Source: an uncultured delta proteobacterium
GTDB taxonomy: Bacteria > Desulfobacterota > Desulfuromonadia > Desulfuromonadales > JACZKF01
Direction of reading: 5' to 3'
NCBI GenBank assembly: GCA_963816395.1
Contig: CAWFKQ010000016.1
Location: 512,001-576,000, forward strand
Length of the DNA: 64,000 nt
The notes beneath the pieces are model-generated. The model worked only from the letters and a program-made list of their open reading frames with translations. It had not been told where the DNA came from and searched no databases. Below, piece by piece: positions 1-10,562 of this stretch (position 1 is its first letter; the number at the start of each line of letters is the position of its first letter). Position numbers and translations under genes: made by a program.

Positions 1-84
1 GTACCATTATTCCTTCTTTCGGAATTTTAAGTAAAATTTTCTTCATTCTAATTGCAATCGAGTGAAGCCGCAAGGAAGGGAACG

Positions 85-1329
85 ATGAAAAAGTTGCAAT
101 CCCGTCTGGCGTTTCACTATGCCTGGGTTATCGTCGTGGTCGGCGTGCTGGCCATCTTCTCCTGTCTGGGACTGGCCCGCTTCGCCTTCGGCATGCTGCT
201 GCCGGCCATGCGCTCCGGCCTTGCCCTGGGATACGACCAGATGGGCTACATCAGCACGGGGAATTTCGCCGGCTATCTCATCGCCGTCGCCCTGACGCCC
301 CTGCTCATACGGCGGTTGAAAGCCCGCGCCCTTATCGTCGCCGGATTGTTGCTGATCGCCGTCTGCATGCTCGGCATCAGCTGGAGCCACGGCTTCTTCC
401 TTGTGCTGGTTCTCTATTTCTGCGTCGGCCTGGGCAGCGGTTTCACCTATATCCCGGTCATGGTTCTGGTCTCCCACTGGTTCCGCCGGGATCGCCGGGG
501 AAGGGCGGCGGGGCTGATGGTCACGGGCAGTGCCATCGGCATCATCTTCTCCGGCTTTCTCATCCCCCGCCTTAATCAGGCATTTGGGGCAGAGGGCTGG
601 CGCACCGGTTGGCTCGTCCTGGGCCTCATTTCCCTTGGCTGTGCCGTTGCCGCCGCCGTTCTGGTGCGCAATGAGCCGGCAGATCTGGGGCTGCAGCCGT
701 TCGGTGGCGGATCTATCCTGCCATCGACGCTGCCATCGGTGGCGATGGTACCGCGGGAACAACCCGGGGCCGCCCGGATTCTGCTGCAGTTGGGCCTGCT
801 TTACCTGGCTTTCGGCGCCACCTACATGGTCTACGGCACATTCATCGTGACTACCATGGTGGTCGAATTCAAATTTCCGGAAGCCAAAGCCGGCATGTTC
901 TGGTCCTGGGTCGGCTTCTTCGGCCTGTTCTCCGGGGTGCTGTTCGGAACGATCTCCGACCGGATCGGCCGCAAGGGGGGGCTGATGCTGGTGTTTGCCG
1001 TGCAGACCACCGCCTACCTGCTGGCCGGATCGGGATTCGGCACAGCGGCTCTGCTGCTTTCCGTGTTTCTGTACGGTATAGCGGCCTTTGCCATCCCGGC
1101 CATCATGGCCGTGGCGGTCGGCGATTACCTGGGGTTGAACCGGGCCGCGGCCGCCTTCTCCACCATTACCTTTTTTTTCGCCATCGGCCAGACGATCGGT
1201 CCCGGCACCGCCGGGGTTATCGCCGAGACCAGCGGAACCTTCACCACCAGCTATCTGGCCTCGGCCGCTTTGACCGGCGGCGCCCTGCTGCTGGCAGCCT
1301 TTCTGCCCAGGCCGGAAGCGGTGGATTGA
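85..1329 (+). CDS. MFS transporter (YbfB/YjiJ-like)
   Basis: Hydrophobic ORF with about 12 TM segments, motifs GLARFAFGMLLP and GTISDRIGRK; ATG at 85 follows GGAAGGG. Confidence 0.85.
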   Translation: MKKLQSRLAFHYAWVIVVVGVLAIFSCLGLARFAFGMLLPAMRSGLALGYDQMGYISTGNFAGYLIAVALTPLLIRRLKARALIVAGLLLIAVCMLGISWSHGFFLVLVLYFCVGLGSGFTYIPVMVLVSHWFRRDRRGRAAGLMVTGSAIGIIFSGFLIPRLNQAFGAEGWRTGWLVLGLISLGCAVAAAVLVRNEPADLGLQPFGGGSILPSTLPSVAMVPREQPGAARILLQLGLLYLAFGATYMVYGTFIVTTMVVEFKFPEAKAGMFWSWVGFFGLFSGVLFGTISDRIGRKGGLMLVFAVQTTAYLLAGSGFGTAALLLSVFLYGIAAFAIPAIMAVAVGDYLGLNRAAAAFSTITFFFAIGQTIGPGTAGVIAETSGTFTTSYLASAALTGGALLLAAFLPRPEAVD

Positions 1330-1420
1330 GGGTGGCGATGCAGATGGAAGAAAATCTTGATATTCAACACAGTCCAACATATGCCTGCGGCACACCCGAA
1401 GACAATGAAAACCAGGATCT

Positions 1421-1524
1421 TAACGCTAAGGCGCAAAGGGAAATGAAAGTCGCAAAGGATGTAAAGCGAACAGTCTTACGGATTTTCTCTGCGCCTTGGT
1501 CCTCAGCTTTGAGTCTTTGCGTTA
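1421..1524. repeat. REP-like imperfect palindromic element
   Basis: TAACGCTAAGGCGCAAAG (1421-1438) pairs with CTTTGAGTCTTTGCGTTA (1507-1524); inner pair AAGTCGCAAAGGA / TTCTCTGCGCCTT. Confidence 0.6.
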
Positions 1525-1667
1525 TCCGTTAAGCTGAGAGCTGTGGAGGGAAAATTGGCTTATGAAAAAGCCTCTGCGCCTCGGCATTAAAAACGTTTTT
1601 GCCCTCAGCGTTCGGAGCCGCAGGCCAATTTTTGACTCTATTCTCAAAACAAATAAGGAAAAATAAG

Positions 1668-2510
1668 ATGCGCTTTAGCGGAACCGACACCTACGTAGCG
1701 ACCGAAGACCTGAATCTGGCGGTGAACGCCGCCATCACCCTGGGCCGTCCCCTGCTGATCAAGGGAGAGCCGGGAACCGGCAAAACCATGCTGGCCGAGG
1801 AGGTGGCCCGGGGACTGGACATGCCGCTTTTCCAGTGGCATGTCAAGTCGACTACCAAGGCCAACCAGGGGCTGTACGAGTACGATGCCGTCTCCCGGCT
1901 GCGGGACTCCCAGCTTGGCGACGAACGGGTCCATGACATCGCCAACTACATCGTCAAGGGGAAGCTGTGGGAGGCCTTCGACTCGGAGCGACGGGCGGTT
2001 CTGCTCATCGATGAGATCGACAAGGCCGACATCGAGTTCCCCAATGACCTGCTCCAGGAACTCGACCGGATGGAGTTCTACGTCTATGAGACCCGGCAAC
2101 TGGTCACCGCCAGGCACCGGCCGGTGATCATCATCACCAGCAACAACGAAAAGGAGCTGCCCGACGCCTTCCTGCGCCGCTGCTTTTTCCACTACATCCG
2201 TTTCCCCGATGCCGAGACGATGGAGCGGATCATTGAGGTGCACTATCCCGGGATCAAAAAGTCGCTGCTGAAAAATGCCCTGGAGGCGTTCTTCGGCATG
2301 CGGGAGGTTCCTGGCCTGAAGAAGAAACCCTCCACCTCCGAACTCCTCGACTGGCTCAAGCTGCTGGTTGCCGAGGATGTTCCGGTCGAGGCCCTGCGCA
2401 GCGACCGGGCCGGCAAGGTGATTCCGCCCCTGCATGGCGCCCTGCTGAAGAACGAGCAGGACCTGGCCCTCTTTGACCGCCTGGCCGGCATGGCCCGTCG
2501 CGGCCGCTGA
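1668..2510 (+). CDS. MoxR-family AAA+ ATPase
   Basis: Walker A GEPGTGKT, Walker B LLIDEIDKAD, TSNNEKELPDAFLRRC. Confidence 0.9.
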   Translation: MRFSGTDTYVATEDLNLAVNAAITLGRPLLIKGEPGTGKTMLAEEVARGLDMPLFQWHVKSTTKANQGLYEYDAVSRLRDSQLGDERVHDIANYIVKGKLWEAFDSERRAVLLIDEIDKADIEFPNDLLQELDRMEFYVYETRQLVTARHRPVIIITSNNEKELPDAFLRRCFFHYIRFPDAETMERIIEVHYPGIKKSLLKNALEAFFGMREVPGLKKKPSTSELLDWLKLLVAEDVPVEALRSDRAGKVIPPLHGALLKNEQDLALFDRLAGMARRGR

Positions 2511-2521
2511 GCGGCAGACCC

Positions 2522-3700
2522 ATGCTGGTCGAGTTTTTCATGCAGTTGAAGCGGGCCGGGATCCCGGTAACCATCCGGGAGTTTTTGAGCCTGCTCGAGG
2601 CGCTGGACAAGGAGGTGGTCTGGGGCAGCGCCGAGGATTTCTACTGCCTGGCCCGCCTCTGTCTGGTCAAGGATGAAACCCACTTCGATAAGTTCGACCG
2701 CGTTTTCGCCCATTATTTCAAGGGCGCGGCCGAACTGGAGGAGGAGCTGCAGGCGCACATCCCCGAGGAGTGGCTGCGCCGGCTCAGTGAACTGGTTCTT
2801 TCCGAGGAGGAAAAGGCCCGGGTCGAAGCGCTGGGCGGCTTCCAGAAGTTGATGGAGGAGCTGCGCAAGCGCCTGGCCGAGCAGCAGGAAAGGCACCAGG
2901 GAGGGAACAAATGGATCGGCACCGGCGGCCGCTCCCCCTTCGGCGCCTACGGCTATAACCCCGAGGGGGTGCGGATCGGCCAGGACCACTCCCGCCACCG
3001 CCGGGCGGTGAAGGTCTGGGATCGTCGCGAATTCAGGAATCTCGACGGTTCAGTGGAGCTGGGTACCCGCAACATCAAGGTGGCGCTGCGCCGCTTGCGC
3101 CGCTTCGCCCGTGAAGGGGCGCCGGAGGTTCTCGATCTGCCCGGCACCATTCGCGCCACCGCCAACAATGCCGGCCACCTCGACCTCAAGATGGTCCCCC
3201 AGCTCCACAACCGGGTCAAGGTGCTGCTCTTTCTCGATGTCGGCGGTTCCATGGATGACCACGTCCGGATCTGCGAGGAACTCTTCTCCGCTGCCCGCAG
3301 CGAGTTCAAATATCTCGAATATTTCTATTTCCACAACTTTCTCTACGAAAGCGTGTGGCGGGATAACCAGCGCTACCGGGCAGAACGCACCGATCTCTGG
3401 GAAGTGCTCCATACCTACGGACCCGACTACAAGCTGATTTTCGTCGGCGATGCCTCCATGAGCCCCTATGAGATCTCCGAGATCGGCGGCAGTGTCGAGC
3501 ATTATAATCCGGAGCCGGGGTACATCTGGGGGCAACGCCTCCTCGAGGCCTACCGGCACGCCGTCTGGTTCAACCCGGTCCCGCAGCATCAGTGGCCCCA
3601 TACCCATTCGATCGGGATGGTGGAACAGCTCATGGGGGGACGGATGTTTCCCCTCACCCTCCACGGGCTCGACGAGGGGATCCGCCTGCTGCGGCGGTAG
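2522..3700 (+). CDS. VWA-domain protein (CoxE-like partner of the MoxR ATPase)
   Basis: MIDAS-like DVGGSM, GGNKWIGTGGRSPFG; directly downstream of the MoxR gene. Confidence 0.85.
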   Translation: MLVEFFMQLKRAGIPVTIREFLSLLEALDKEVVWGSAEDFYCLARLCLVKDETHFDKFDRVFAHYFKGAAELEEELQAHIPEEWLRRLSELVLSEEEKARVEALGGFQKLMEELRKRLAEQQERHQGGNKWIGTGGRSPFGAYGYNPEGVRIGQDHSRHRRAVKVWDRREFRNLDGSVELGTRNIKVALRRLRRFAREGAPEVLDLPGTIRATANNAGHLDLKMVPQLHNRVKVLLFLDVGGSMDDHVRICEELFSAARSEFKYLEYFYFHNFLYESVWRDNQRYRAERTDLWEVLHTYGPDYKLIFVGDASMSPYEISEIGGSVEHYNPEPGYIWGQRLLEAYRHAVWFNPVPQHQWPHTHSIGMVEQLMGGRMFPLTLHGLDEGIRLLRR

Positions 3701-3746
3701 CTTCCCGTCCTGACCGGCCGTCGCATACTCACCGCGAGAGGAACCC

Positions 3747-4634
3747 GTGTGGAATCTTGAAAGCCTGGATTACGAGGGCGCCATCTACCGCCCCCCGAGC
3801 GAAGCCCGCTCCATTATCCTGCAGGCCACCGTCGGCTGCTCCCACAACCGCTGCAGCTTCTGCGCCAGCTACCAGGGCAAGCAATTCCGGATCAAGGACC
3901 GGACGACCATTGAAGCGGATCTGCGCAAGGCCGCCCGGCTCTACCCGGCCGCCAGGCGGCTCTTTGTCGCCGACGGCGACGCCATGGTCCTGCCGATGCC
4001 CGAATGGCGCTGGCTCCTGCCGGCGATCCGGGAGCATCTGCCGGGGGTGGAGCGGGTAGGGGTGTACGCCACCGGGCGCAGCATCCGCAGGAAAAGCGCT
4101 GAAGATCTTCAATGGCTGCGTGAACATGGCCTCGGCATCGTCTATCTGGGTGTCGAAAGCGGCGATCGGCAAACCCTCGCCTACATCCAGAAAGATTCGA
4201 CAGCCGTGCAACTGCTGGAGGCCGGTCGGAAAGTCAAGGCTGCCGGCCTTGGGTTGTCGGTGACGGTGCTGCTCGGCGTCGCCCCACCCGGGCGCAGCCT
4301 GGCGCACGGCAGGGCGACCGGGAGGCTGCTGACGGCCATGGACCCGGACTATGTTGGAGCCCTTTCGGTCATCGTCTGTCCGGGGACCGAGCTGGCCGAG
4401 CGGGTAGAACGGGGCGAGCACGAGGTGCCGACACCAGTCGATCTCCTGCGGGAGCTGCGGGAGATGCTCGCCCATACCGAATTGTCGGAGGGGTTGTTCA
4501 TGGCCAATCACGCCTCCAACTACCTGCCCCTCAAGGTGGAGATGCCCCGGGGGAAGAAACAGGCCCTGACTCTCCTCGACGCCGCCGTCGACGGCCAACT
4601 CCCTCTTCGGGATGAATCCTTCCGGGCACTGTAG
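3747..4634 (+). CDS. Radical SAM protein
   Basis: CxxxCxxC (CSHNRCSFC), YRPPSEA N-terminus, YLGVESG, NHASNY. Confidence 0.85.
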   Translation: MWNLESLDYEGAIYRPPSEARSIILQATVGCSHNRCSFCASYQGKQFRIKDRTTIEADLRKAARLYPAARRLFVADGDAMVLPMPEWRWLLPAIREHLPGVERVGVYATGRSIRRKSAEDLQWLREHGLGIVYLGVESGDRQTLAYIQKDSTAVQLLEAGRKVKAAGLGLSVTVLLGVAPPGRSLAHGRATGRLLTAMDPDYVGALSVIVCPGTELAERVERGEHEVPTPVDLLRELREMLAHTELSEGLFMANHASNYLPLKVEMPRGKKQALTLLDAAVDGQLPLRDESFRAL

Positions 4635-4659
4635 ATCCTCTCCTGCTCCGAAATCTATT

Positions 4660-4673
4660 TTGACATGCGTCAA
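4660..4673. promoter_or_regulatory. Crp/Fnr-family (HcpR-like) box upstream of ric
   Basis: Perfect TTGAC-N4-GTCAA palindrome (TTGACATGCGTCAA) about 140 bp upstream of ric. Confidence 0.65.
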
Positions 4674-4812
4674 GGCGGCCGACCCGGTTTGCAGCATAGA
4701 CTGCCTGTAGGTCAGTGCGGCCTCCCGGGGGGCTCCGCCGAAAGAAGCGGATGGGGATCCGCCGGCTCGGCGGAATCAATGACTGCAAGGACGCTGCGAA
4801 AGGAGAGGAAAC

Positions 4813-5484
4813 ATGACCATCAGTGCGAATACCACGGTCGGCCGGATCGCTGCGGAGCATCCCCGCGCGACGAGAATTTTTGACCGCTTCGGAATTGATT
4901 ACTGCTGTGGCGGCAGCCGGCCGCTCGCGGCGGTCTGCCGAGAGTACGGAGTGGAGGCGGCGGCGGTTCTGCAGGCGATCGAGGAGGAACTGGCCGCTGC
5001 AGGCGCTGCCGGTGAATGCTGGGACCAGGCGCCCCTGGGGGATCTGGTCATCCACATCATTGCCGCCTATCACCGGCCTCTGGAGGCGGAACTGCCGCGC
5101 CTGGAAGCGATGGCCCGCAAGGTCCTCGAGGTGCATCGGGAAAAACAGCCGGAAATGCTCGCCGAGCTGCTCGCGGTCTTCCGCGGGTTGAAAACGGAGC
5201 TGGAGGATCACCTGGCCAAGGAGGAGCAGATCCTTTTTCCAATGATCCGCAAGGGAGAGGGAATGCTGGCGGACGGTCCCATTGCCATCATGGAACAGGA
5301 GCACGAGGCAGCGGGGGCGGCGCTGCGCCGCCTGCGGGAGTTGACCGGCGGCTTTCAGGTCCCCGAGGAGGCCTGCAACACCTGGCGCGCGCTCTGGCAC
5401 GGCCTCGCCTGTCTGGAGGAGGCGCTGCACCAGCACATCCACCTGGAAAACAACATTCTTTTCCCGCGCGCCCTGGAAGAGTAA
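4813..5484 (+). CDS. ric: Iron-sulfur cluster repair di-iron protein (Ric/YtfE/ScdA)
   Basis: GIDYCCGG N-terminal motif; hemerythrin-like HLAKEEQILFP and HIHLENNILFP. Confidence 0.92.
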   Translation: MTISANTTVGRIAAEHPRATRIFDRFGIDYCCGGSRPLAAVCREYGVEAAAVLQAIEEELAAAGAAGECWDQAPLGDLVIHIIAAYHRPLEAELPRLEAMARKVLEVHREKQPEMLAELLAVFRGLKTELEDHLAKEEQILFPMIRKGEGMLADGPIAIMEQEHEAAGAALRRLRELTGGFQVPEEACNTWRALWHGLACLEEALHQHIHLENNILFPRALEE

Positions 5485-5584
5485 GCCTTCGCTGTCCCAC
5501 CAGTAAATCCTCCCGACCCACCCGCAACGCGGTGGGCAGCCGAAGATGCTCACCCGCTGTGGTCGGGAGAATATCTTCCGGCAC

Positions 5585-5641
5585 TTCATCAAATGATGAA
5601 ATTACCCGACTCGCTGGTCCAAAAAATTACGAAATAATCAA
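5585..5641. promoter_or_regulatory. XylR/DmpR-type upstream activating sequences
   Basis: Palindrome TTCATCA-AA-TGATGAA (5585-5600) resembles the XylR/DmpR UAS TTGATCAATTGATCAA; weaker second site ATTACGAAATAATCAA (5626-5641). Confidence 0.65.
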
Positions 5642-5787
5642 TAGCCGCCCGCCCGCCGCCACTTTGCCGTGGCTCACCTGCAGCAATTTCAGAATTCCAT
5701 CCCCTCCTCTTAATGCCCCGAAATGTCTGGCCAAAGCCCTCTTCTCCGGCCAGCGTCAGTGATTCGCTTCTAAAAAAATAACATTGT

Positions 5788-5804
5788 TTGGCACATCTGG
5801 TGCT
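5788..5804 (+). promoter_or_regulatory. sigma54 (-24/-12) promoter of the pps operon
   Basis: TTGGCACATCTGGTGCT with GG at 5790-5791, 10-nt spacer and GC at 5802-5803; AT-rich tract upstream. Confidence 0.8.
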
Positions 5805-5951
5805 TTGTTTATCGGTGACCCCGATGGGGCTGCCAGCAACCGACTTCCAGGCCTTCGCAGGAAAAATAACTTTGTTCTGGAAAATCAAGCTGCACTGAGG
5901 CGAACCACACCATCATCCTGCTTATCCATCATCAGAAAAGGGGGAGACCAA

Positions 5952-7787
5952 ATGAAGTTTCCGAAACCGCACGATTTCAAGGACATTCCCGGAACCGAAG
6001 GCTGGCAGCGGATGTATCCCTACCAGTACCAGTTCTCGACCGACGATCCGGAGCGCAAGGATTACGAGGCGCAGTCGTTCTGGTTCTATGATGGTCTCCA
6101 CTATCCCGAACCACTCTACCCCTTCGACACCATTTGGGATGAAGCCTGGTATCTCGCCCTGTCGCAGTACAACAACCGCATCTTCCAGGTGCCGCCGGTG
6201 CGGGGAGTCGATCACCGCATCGTCAACGGCTATGTCTATATCTCTCCGGTGCCGGTGACGGACCCCGAAGAGATCGGCAAACGAATCCCCAATTTCCAGG
6301 AACGTGCCGGCTATTACTATAAGAACTGGGATGAGCTGGAAGCCAGATGGAAAGTCAAAACCGAGGCCACCATCAAGGAACTGGCTGACCTGCAGATTCC
6401 GCGCCTGCCCGAACTCGAGGACCTCAGCGTGGTGACCGATGCGGTCGGCGAGTCCAAGGGGTACCACCTGATCAAGGCTTATGACGATCTGATCAATCTC
6501 GGCATCAAATGCTGGCAGTACCACTTCGAATTTCTCAATCTCGGCTACGCCGCCTACGTTTTCTTTCTCGATTTCGCCCAGAAGCAGTTCCCGAGCATTC
6601 CGCTGCAGCGGGTGACGCAGATGATTTCCGGCATCGACGTGCATCATGTTCCGCTCCGACGATGAGCTGAAGAAGCTGGCGCGCAAGGGCGATCGAGCTG
6701 GGGGTCGAGCAGGCGATCGCCGCCAGTCAGGAGTGGGCCCAGGGTCGAGGCAGCGCTCAAGGAGCTGCCCAGGGGAGCAGGAATGGCTCGCGGACTTCGA
6801 AAAAGCCCGCTACCCCTGGTTCTACATCTCTTCGGGCACCGGCTGGTCGCATAACGACCGCTGCTGGAACGATGATCTGAATATCCCGCTGATCGGGGAT
6901 CGCCACCTATATCCAGAAAATCAAGCAGGGCGCCGACATCGAGCGCCCCCTGGAGCAGGTGCGTGCCGAACGCAACCGCATCATCGAGGAGTATCGCTCC
7001 CTGATCGCGACAGAGCAGGACCGCAAGACCTTCGATGATCTGCTGAATACCGCCAAGACGGTCTTCCCCTATGTGGAGAACCATCTCTTCTACGTCGAGC
7101 ACTGGTTCCACTCGGTCTTCTGGGGGAAGATCCGCGAAGTCGGAGCGATCATGCAGGAGCATGGCCTCATCAAGGAGGTCGAGGACATCTGGTATCTGCG
7201 CCGCGACGAGATCAAACAGGGACTCTGGGACGTCGTCACCGCCTGGGCCACCGGGGTCAAGCCGCGCGGCACGGCGGTGTGGCCGCCGGAGATCGCCTGG
7301 CGCAAAGAGGTCATGCAGAAGTTCCGCGACTGGAGTGCGCCCCCCGCCCTCGGCACCGCCCCGGAGGTCATCCAGGAGCCCTTCACCATCGTCCTCTGGG
7401 GGGTGACCAACAGCTCCCTGGCCGACTGGTCGGCGGTTCAGGAGGTCCACGGATCCCGAGAGCATCAGCGAATTGAAGGGATTCGCCGGCAGCCCCGGCA
7501 TTGTCGAGGGGCGCGCTCGGGTCTGCCGCAGTGCCTCGGAGATCAGGGAGCTGCAGGAGGGGGAGATTCTGGTTTCGCCCACCACCTCACCGTCCTGGGC
7601 GCCGGCGTTTGCCAAGATCAAGGCCTGCGTCACCGATGTGGGCGGCATCATGAGCCATGCAGCGATCGTCTGCCGTGAATACGGCATGCCGGCGGTCGTC
7701 GGTACCGGCCATGCGACGAAAATCATCAAGACCGGCATGCTGCTGCGCGTGGACGGCTCGTCGGGCATGGTTTCCATTGAACGCTGA
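5952..7787 (+). CDS. ppsA: Phenylphosphate synthase alpha subunit (PEP-utilising mobile His domain); six apparent +1 frameshifts
   Basis: Fragments 5952-6640, 6646-6900, 6959-7450 and 7473-7787 join to about 610 aa; N-terminal GWQRMYPY..WFYDGLHYPEPLYPFD; C-terminal TDVGGIMSHAAIVCREYG phospho-His motif. Confidence 0.88.
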
Positions 7788-7792
7788 ACAAA

Positions 7793-8911
7793 ATGGAGAA
7801 GACCATGAAAACGAATGCATCGGTTCCGGCCAATCCTGACCTGCCTCTGGTCTGCTGGCTCGAGGACTGTCGGAAAGATTCGATCCCCCTGGTCGGGGGG
7901 AAATGCTCTTCCCTCGGCGAACTGATCAACGCCGGGGTGCGGGTTCCCCCGGGGTTCGCCCTGACCACCGAAGGTTATCGGCGCTACATGGCCGAGGCCG
8001 GGATAAGCCGGGAAATCCAGTCCTTGCTGAACGGTCTCGATCCCCAGGATATGGAAGCTCTGGAGAAGGCCAGCGAGACGATTCGCCGAATGATCGAGAG
8101 CCAGCCCTTCTCCACGGAAATGGAGGACATGGTCGCCGAATTCTACCGCAAACTCTCGGTGCGCTGCTGTCTGCCGGCGGCGCCGGTGGCGGTCCGCTCG
8201 AGCGCCACTGCCGAGGACCTGCCCGGCGCGAGCTTCGCCGGCCAGCAGGATACCTTTCTCTGGATTCGCGGCGCGGAGGAGGTGCTGCACCACATCCGCC
8301 GCTGCATCTCCAGCCTGTATACCGGGCGGGCCATCGCCTACCGAGCCAACCAGCGCTTCGACGATGAACATATGGCGATCAGCGTCGGCGTGCAGAAAAT
8401 GGCCAACTCCTTTACCGCAGGGGTGATGTTCACCCTGCATCCCGGCAACGGCGATCGATCGGTGATCGTCATCGACTCCAACTACGGCTTCGGCGAATCG
8501 GTGGTCTCAGGCGAGGTGACGCCTGACAATTTCGTGGTGAACAAGGTGACGCTGGATATTCTCGAGCGGACCATCTCACAGAAGGACATCTATTACACCG
8601 TCGATACCAAGACGCAGGTCAACCGGGCCATCGAGGTGCCCCCCGAACGGCAGAAGGTGCAGTCGCTGATGGATGACGAAATCACCGCCCTGGCCTGGAT
8701 GGGCAAGCAGATCGAGAAGCATTACGGCCGGCCCATGGACATCGAGTGGGCGGTGGACAAGGACCTGCCGTTCGGCGGCAACATTTTCATCCTGCAGGCA
8801 CGCCCGGAGACGGTGTGGAGCGAAAAGCAGAAACCGGCCGTAGCGGGCGCGGGGGCATCGGCCATGGATTACATTCTCTCCAGCATGCTGCTGGGGAAGC
8901 GGCTGACATAG
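7793..8911 (+). CDS. ppsB: Phenylphosphate synthase beta subunit (PEP synthase N-terminal ATP-binding domain)
   Basis: VGGKCSSLGEL, VAVRSSATAEDLPGASFAGQQDT, DIEWA, LQARPETV; stand-alone domain next to ppsA. Confidence 0.9.
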   Translation: MEKTMKTNASVPANPDLPLVCWLEDCRKDSIPLVGGKCSSLGELINAGVRVPPGFALTTEGYRRYMAEAGISREIQSLLNGLDPQDMEALEKASETIRRMIESQPFSTEMEDMVAEFYRKLSVRCCLPAAPVAVRSSATAEDLPGASFAGQQDTFLWIRGAEEVLHHIRRCISSLYTGRAIAYRANQRFDDEHMAISVGVQKMANSFTAGVMFTLHPGNGDRSVIVIDSNYGFGESVVSGEVTPDNFVVNKVTLDILERTISQKDIYYTVDTKTQVNRAIEVPPERQKVQSLMDDEITALAWMGKQIEKHYGRPMDIEWAVDKDLPFGGNIFILQARPETVWSEKQKPAVAGAGASAMDYILSSMLLGKRLT

Positions 8912-8971
8912 AAATATCCCCAAAAGGCAGCGGTTCATTCAACTAAAAAACCAACAGAACAAGGAGACGTC

Positions 8972-10495
8972 ATGAGCGGAGCGACCAAATTGAAACCCGT
9001 CGAGGCTGTACAACCGATCAAGGATCTTCGCACCTATATCGCATGCCCTCGAGGCGCATGGAGAATTGCACCGCATTAAAACCGAAGTGGACTGGAAGTA
9101 CGAACTCTGCCACGTTTCGAAGGTGAACGAGGAGCAGAAGGGCCCGGCCCTGCTCTACGAAAACGTGAAAGGGCATAGCATACCCGGTCTTCACCAGCGC
9201 CTTCACCACGCGCGAAGCGGATTGCCATCTGCCTGGAGCAGGATCCGTCGCTGTCCATGTGCCAGCTGTCCCGGAAATGGATGGAGCTGACCACCAAGCA
9301 GATGATCAAGCCCCAATTCGTCGACAACCCGCCGGTGATGGAGAACGTCATGGAGGGCGATGCCGTCGACCTCGACCAATTTCCCTCTCCCTGTTTTTAT
9401 CCCGACGACGGCGGCCGTTTCTTCGGCACCTCGGCCTACCTGGTGACCCAGGATCCGGACACCGGCTGGACCAATCTCGGCACCTACCGCGCTCAGGTGC
9501 TGGGCAAAAACATCCTCGGCTCGCAGATCATCAAAGGGAAGCACGGCGAATTTCACATGAAGAAATACCAGGAGCGCGGCGAGCTGATGCCCGCCGCCTA
9601 TGTGGTCGGCTGCGATCCGGTGCTCTTTCTCGCCAGCTCCACCCTGGTCAGCGCCCAGACGGACGAATACGACGTGGCCGGCGCGCTGCGTGGCCGCCCG
9701 GTCGAGGTGTTCAAATCCGATCTGACCGGGCTCACCTATCCGGCCAACGCCGAGATCATCGCCGAGGGGTTCATCGATCCGAATGAGCTGATGGATGAAG
9801 GGCCGTTCGGCGAATACACCGGCTATTACTCCGGCAACAAGGGGAAGGACTATCCCAAGCCGGTCCTGCGCGTGAAGCGCATCCTGTATCGCAATAAGCC
9901 GATCTTCTGGGCGACCACGGTCGGCAAGCCGATCAACGATATCCATATGATCCAATCGCTCAACCGGACCGCGCAGCTGTGGCACGACCTGGAGACCATG
10001 AAGCTCCCCGGCATCCAGAGCGTCTATTTCCCGGCGGCGGCGACCGGCCGGTTCTGGGTCGTCGTCTCGGTAAAACAGATGTACCCGGGGCACTCGAACC
10101 AGGTCGCCGATGCGGTGAACGGCAGCACCACCGGCCACTACGGCGTCAAGGGGATTATCGTGGTGGATCACGATATTGCCGCCGACGACATGGATCGGGT
10201 CTGGTGGGCGCTCGCCACCCGCTTCGATCCCAAGCGTTCGGTCCAGGTGATCACCCGCGGCCGCTCTACACCGCTCGACCCGGGTCTGCCGATCGAGGCC
10301 CGCGAGGTGGTGAGCCGCGTCATTCTCGATGCCTGCACCCCCTTCGAATGGGCCAACAAGCCGAACGAGATCTTCATGGACCGGGCGGTGCTGCAGAAGG
10401 TCTCCGACCGTTGGAACGAGTACGGTTTTGACGGGGGGAGCCCGGTGGCCGAAATGATTCCGCGGCTGACCCGGCCCGAAATGAAGAAGAAGTGA
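8972..10495 (+). CDS. ppcB: UbiD-family phenylphosphate carboxylase (beta-type) subunit; three apparent +1 frameshifts in the 5' part
   Basis: ATG 8972 after AAGGAG; N-terminus DLRTY..GELHRIKTEVDWKYE recovered across the shifts; EGPFGEYTGYY, NLGTYR, WALATR. Confidence 0.85.
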
Positions 10496-10562
10496 ACGGA
10501 TAAAAAGCGGCAGGCGGCTTCAGGGCCGCCTGCCGGCCGCAGCCACCGAGGAGGAGCTTAAA

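Noticed and set aside
5952..10495. Pseudogenisation or programmed frameshifting of ppsA and ppcB
   Set aside because: The shifts are isolated +1 insertions with no shared slippery motif and no nonsense substitutions, and the same pattern recurs across the window
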